Shown piece by piece: positions 63,161 through 64,000 of a stretch of 64,000 bases of DNA. Location: positions 2,144,001 to 2,208,000 of the forward strand of contig OY970303.1 of assembly GCA_963716255.1 (NCBI GenBank). Direction: 5' to 3'. Position 1 is the stretch's first letter, and each line of letters begins with the position of its first letter. The notes beneath the pieces were generated by a model. That model saw nothing but the letters and a program-made list of their open reading frames with translations, made no database searches and was not told where the DNA came from. The position numbers were made by a program, and so were the translations under genes. Source of the DNA: an uncultured Gemmatimonadales bacterium. GTDB taxonomy: Bacteria; Gemmatimonadota; Gemmatimonadetes; Longimicrobiales; Longimicrobiaceae.

Positions 63161-64000
63161 CTACCCGAGTGCCCGCTCCACCTCCCGCGCCAGCGTCTCC
63201 ACGTGCGGCTCGCGCAGCATGCTGTAGTGCGTGCCCGGCACCTTCCGCACCTCCAGCGCGCCCCGGACGACCCGCTCCCACCCGTTGGCCTTCTTGCCGA
63301 AGAGCCGCTTCACGAGCTGGCGTTTGCCGGCGCGCAGCAGGGTGGCGCCCCCGCGGTAGCTTTCCGGGCGATACCCGTACATCGCCTGCAGGTTGATGCG
63401 GAAGACGCTGTACAGCTGCTGCATGCGCGCCATGTCCAGCCCCTTGGGCAGCATCCCCGTGGCGCGGGCGGTCTCCAGGATCTGCCGCAGGTAGGCCACC
63501 TCGCGCCCGCCCCGTGCCTCCGGGTCCGGCGTGGGCAGCCGCTCCGCCGGGAAGCCCAGGTCCATCGCGAACATCTGCACGATGCGCAGCGCGTCGCCCG
63601 GCATGCTCCGGTCCGGCTCGTTGAGCCAGGGCACCTGCGAGTCGATCAGCACCAGCGACTCCACCGCCTCGCCCGCGGCCTCCAGCTGCCGCGCCATCTC
63701 GAAGGCGACCACCCCGCCCATGGACCACCCGCCCAGGCGGTACGGACCCGAGGGCCGCACCTGCCGGATGGAAGCCAGGTAGTCGCGCGCCATCTCCTCG
63801 ATCGTCCAGTTGGGCGTCTCCCCCTGCTCCAGGCCGCGCGAGCGCAGCCCGTAGACCGGCTGGTCCTCGTCGAGCTGCTTGACCAGCGGGGCGTAGGCCA
63901 TGAGGTTGCCGCCTCCCGGATGCACCAGGAAGAGCGGCGGGCGGCTTCCCTCGTAGCGCAGCGGGAAGATCAGCGGCATCTCGCCCCCGCCGCTGCGCAC
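63161..64000 (-). CDS. C-terminal thioesterase domain of an NRPS/PKS (5' partial)
   Basis: LFLVHPGGG, GPYRLGGWSMGG (GxSxG), LVLIDS, VPGTHYSML; frame open to the right window edge. Confidence 0.9.
   Translation of the reverse strand: MRSGGGEMPLIFPLRYEGSRPPLFLVHPGGGNLMAYAPLVKQLDEDQPVYGLRSRGLEQGETPNWTIEEMARDYLASIRQVRPSGPYRLGGWSMGGVVAFEMARQLEAAGEAVESLVLIDSQVPWLNEPDRSMPGDALRIVQMFAMDLGFPAERLPTPDPEARGGREVAYLRQILETARATGMLPKGLDMARMQQLYSVFRINLQAMYGYRPESYRGGATLLRAGKRQLVKRLFGKKANGWERVVRGALEVRKVPGTHYSMLREPHVETLAREVERALG

Overview
Very GC-rich bacterial DNA; the gene content and intergenic repeat style suggest Gemmatimonadota (Longimicrobium-like), which is inference only. There are four blocks. (1) 1-27139, minus strand: two giant NRPS genes with at least 7 modules, four of them with epimerase domains. 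Module 2 has a beta-alanine-type A domain, two pockets look anion-binding, and one A domain is triplicated. The second gene runs off the left edge, and the leader holds a decayed A-domain remnant. (2) 28.1-31.2 kb: secreted sulfatase, PPC-domain protein and an ECF sigma factor. (3) 31.5-54.4 kb: a Wzx/Wzy-type exopolysaccharide operon followed by an ABC exporter, an HprK-like kinase, an operon of two B12-binding radical SAM enzymes, three methyltransferases and an amidohydrolase, and an FkbM-like methyltransferase plus nucleotidyltransferase. A GGAAC-N15/16-CGG(A/G)TT ECF-type promoter motif precedes four of these transcription units. A ~130-bp covarying structured repeat occurs five times in this block. 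Together these suggest one co-regulated glycan-tailoring system. (4) 54.6-64 kb: small accessory genes (TIR-TM-FGE-domain protein, VOC protein, DUF2975/XRE pair, DUF1801, hypotheticals) and the C-terminal thioesterase of a further NRPS/PKS at the right edge. All calls are by eye; no database searches were run.
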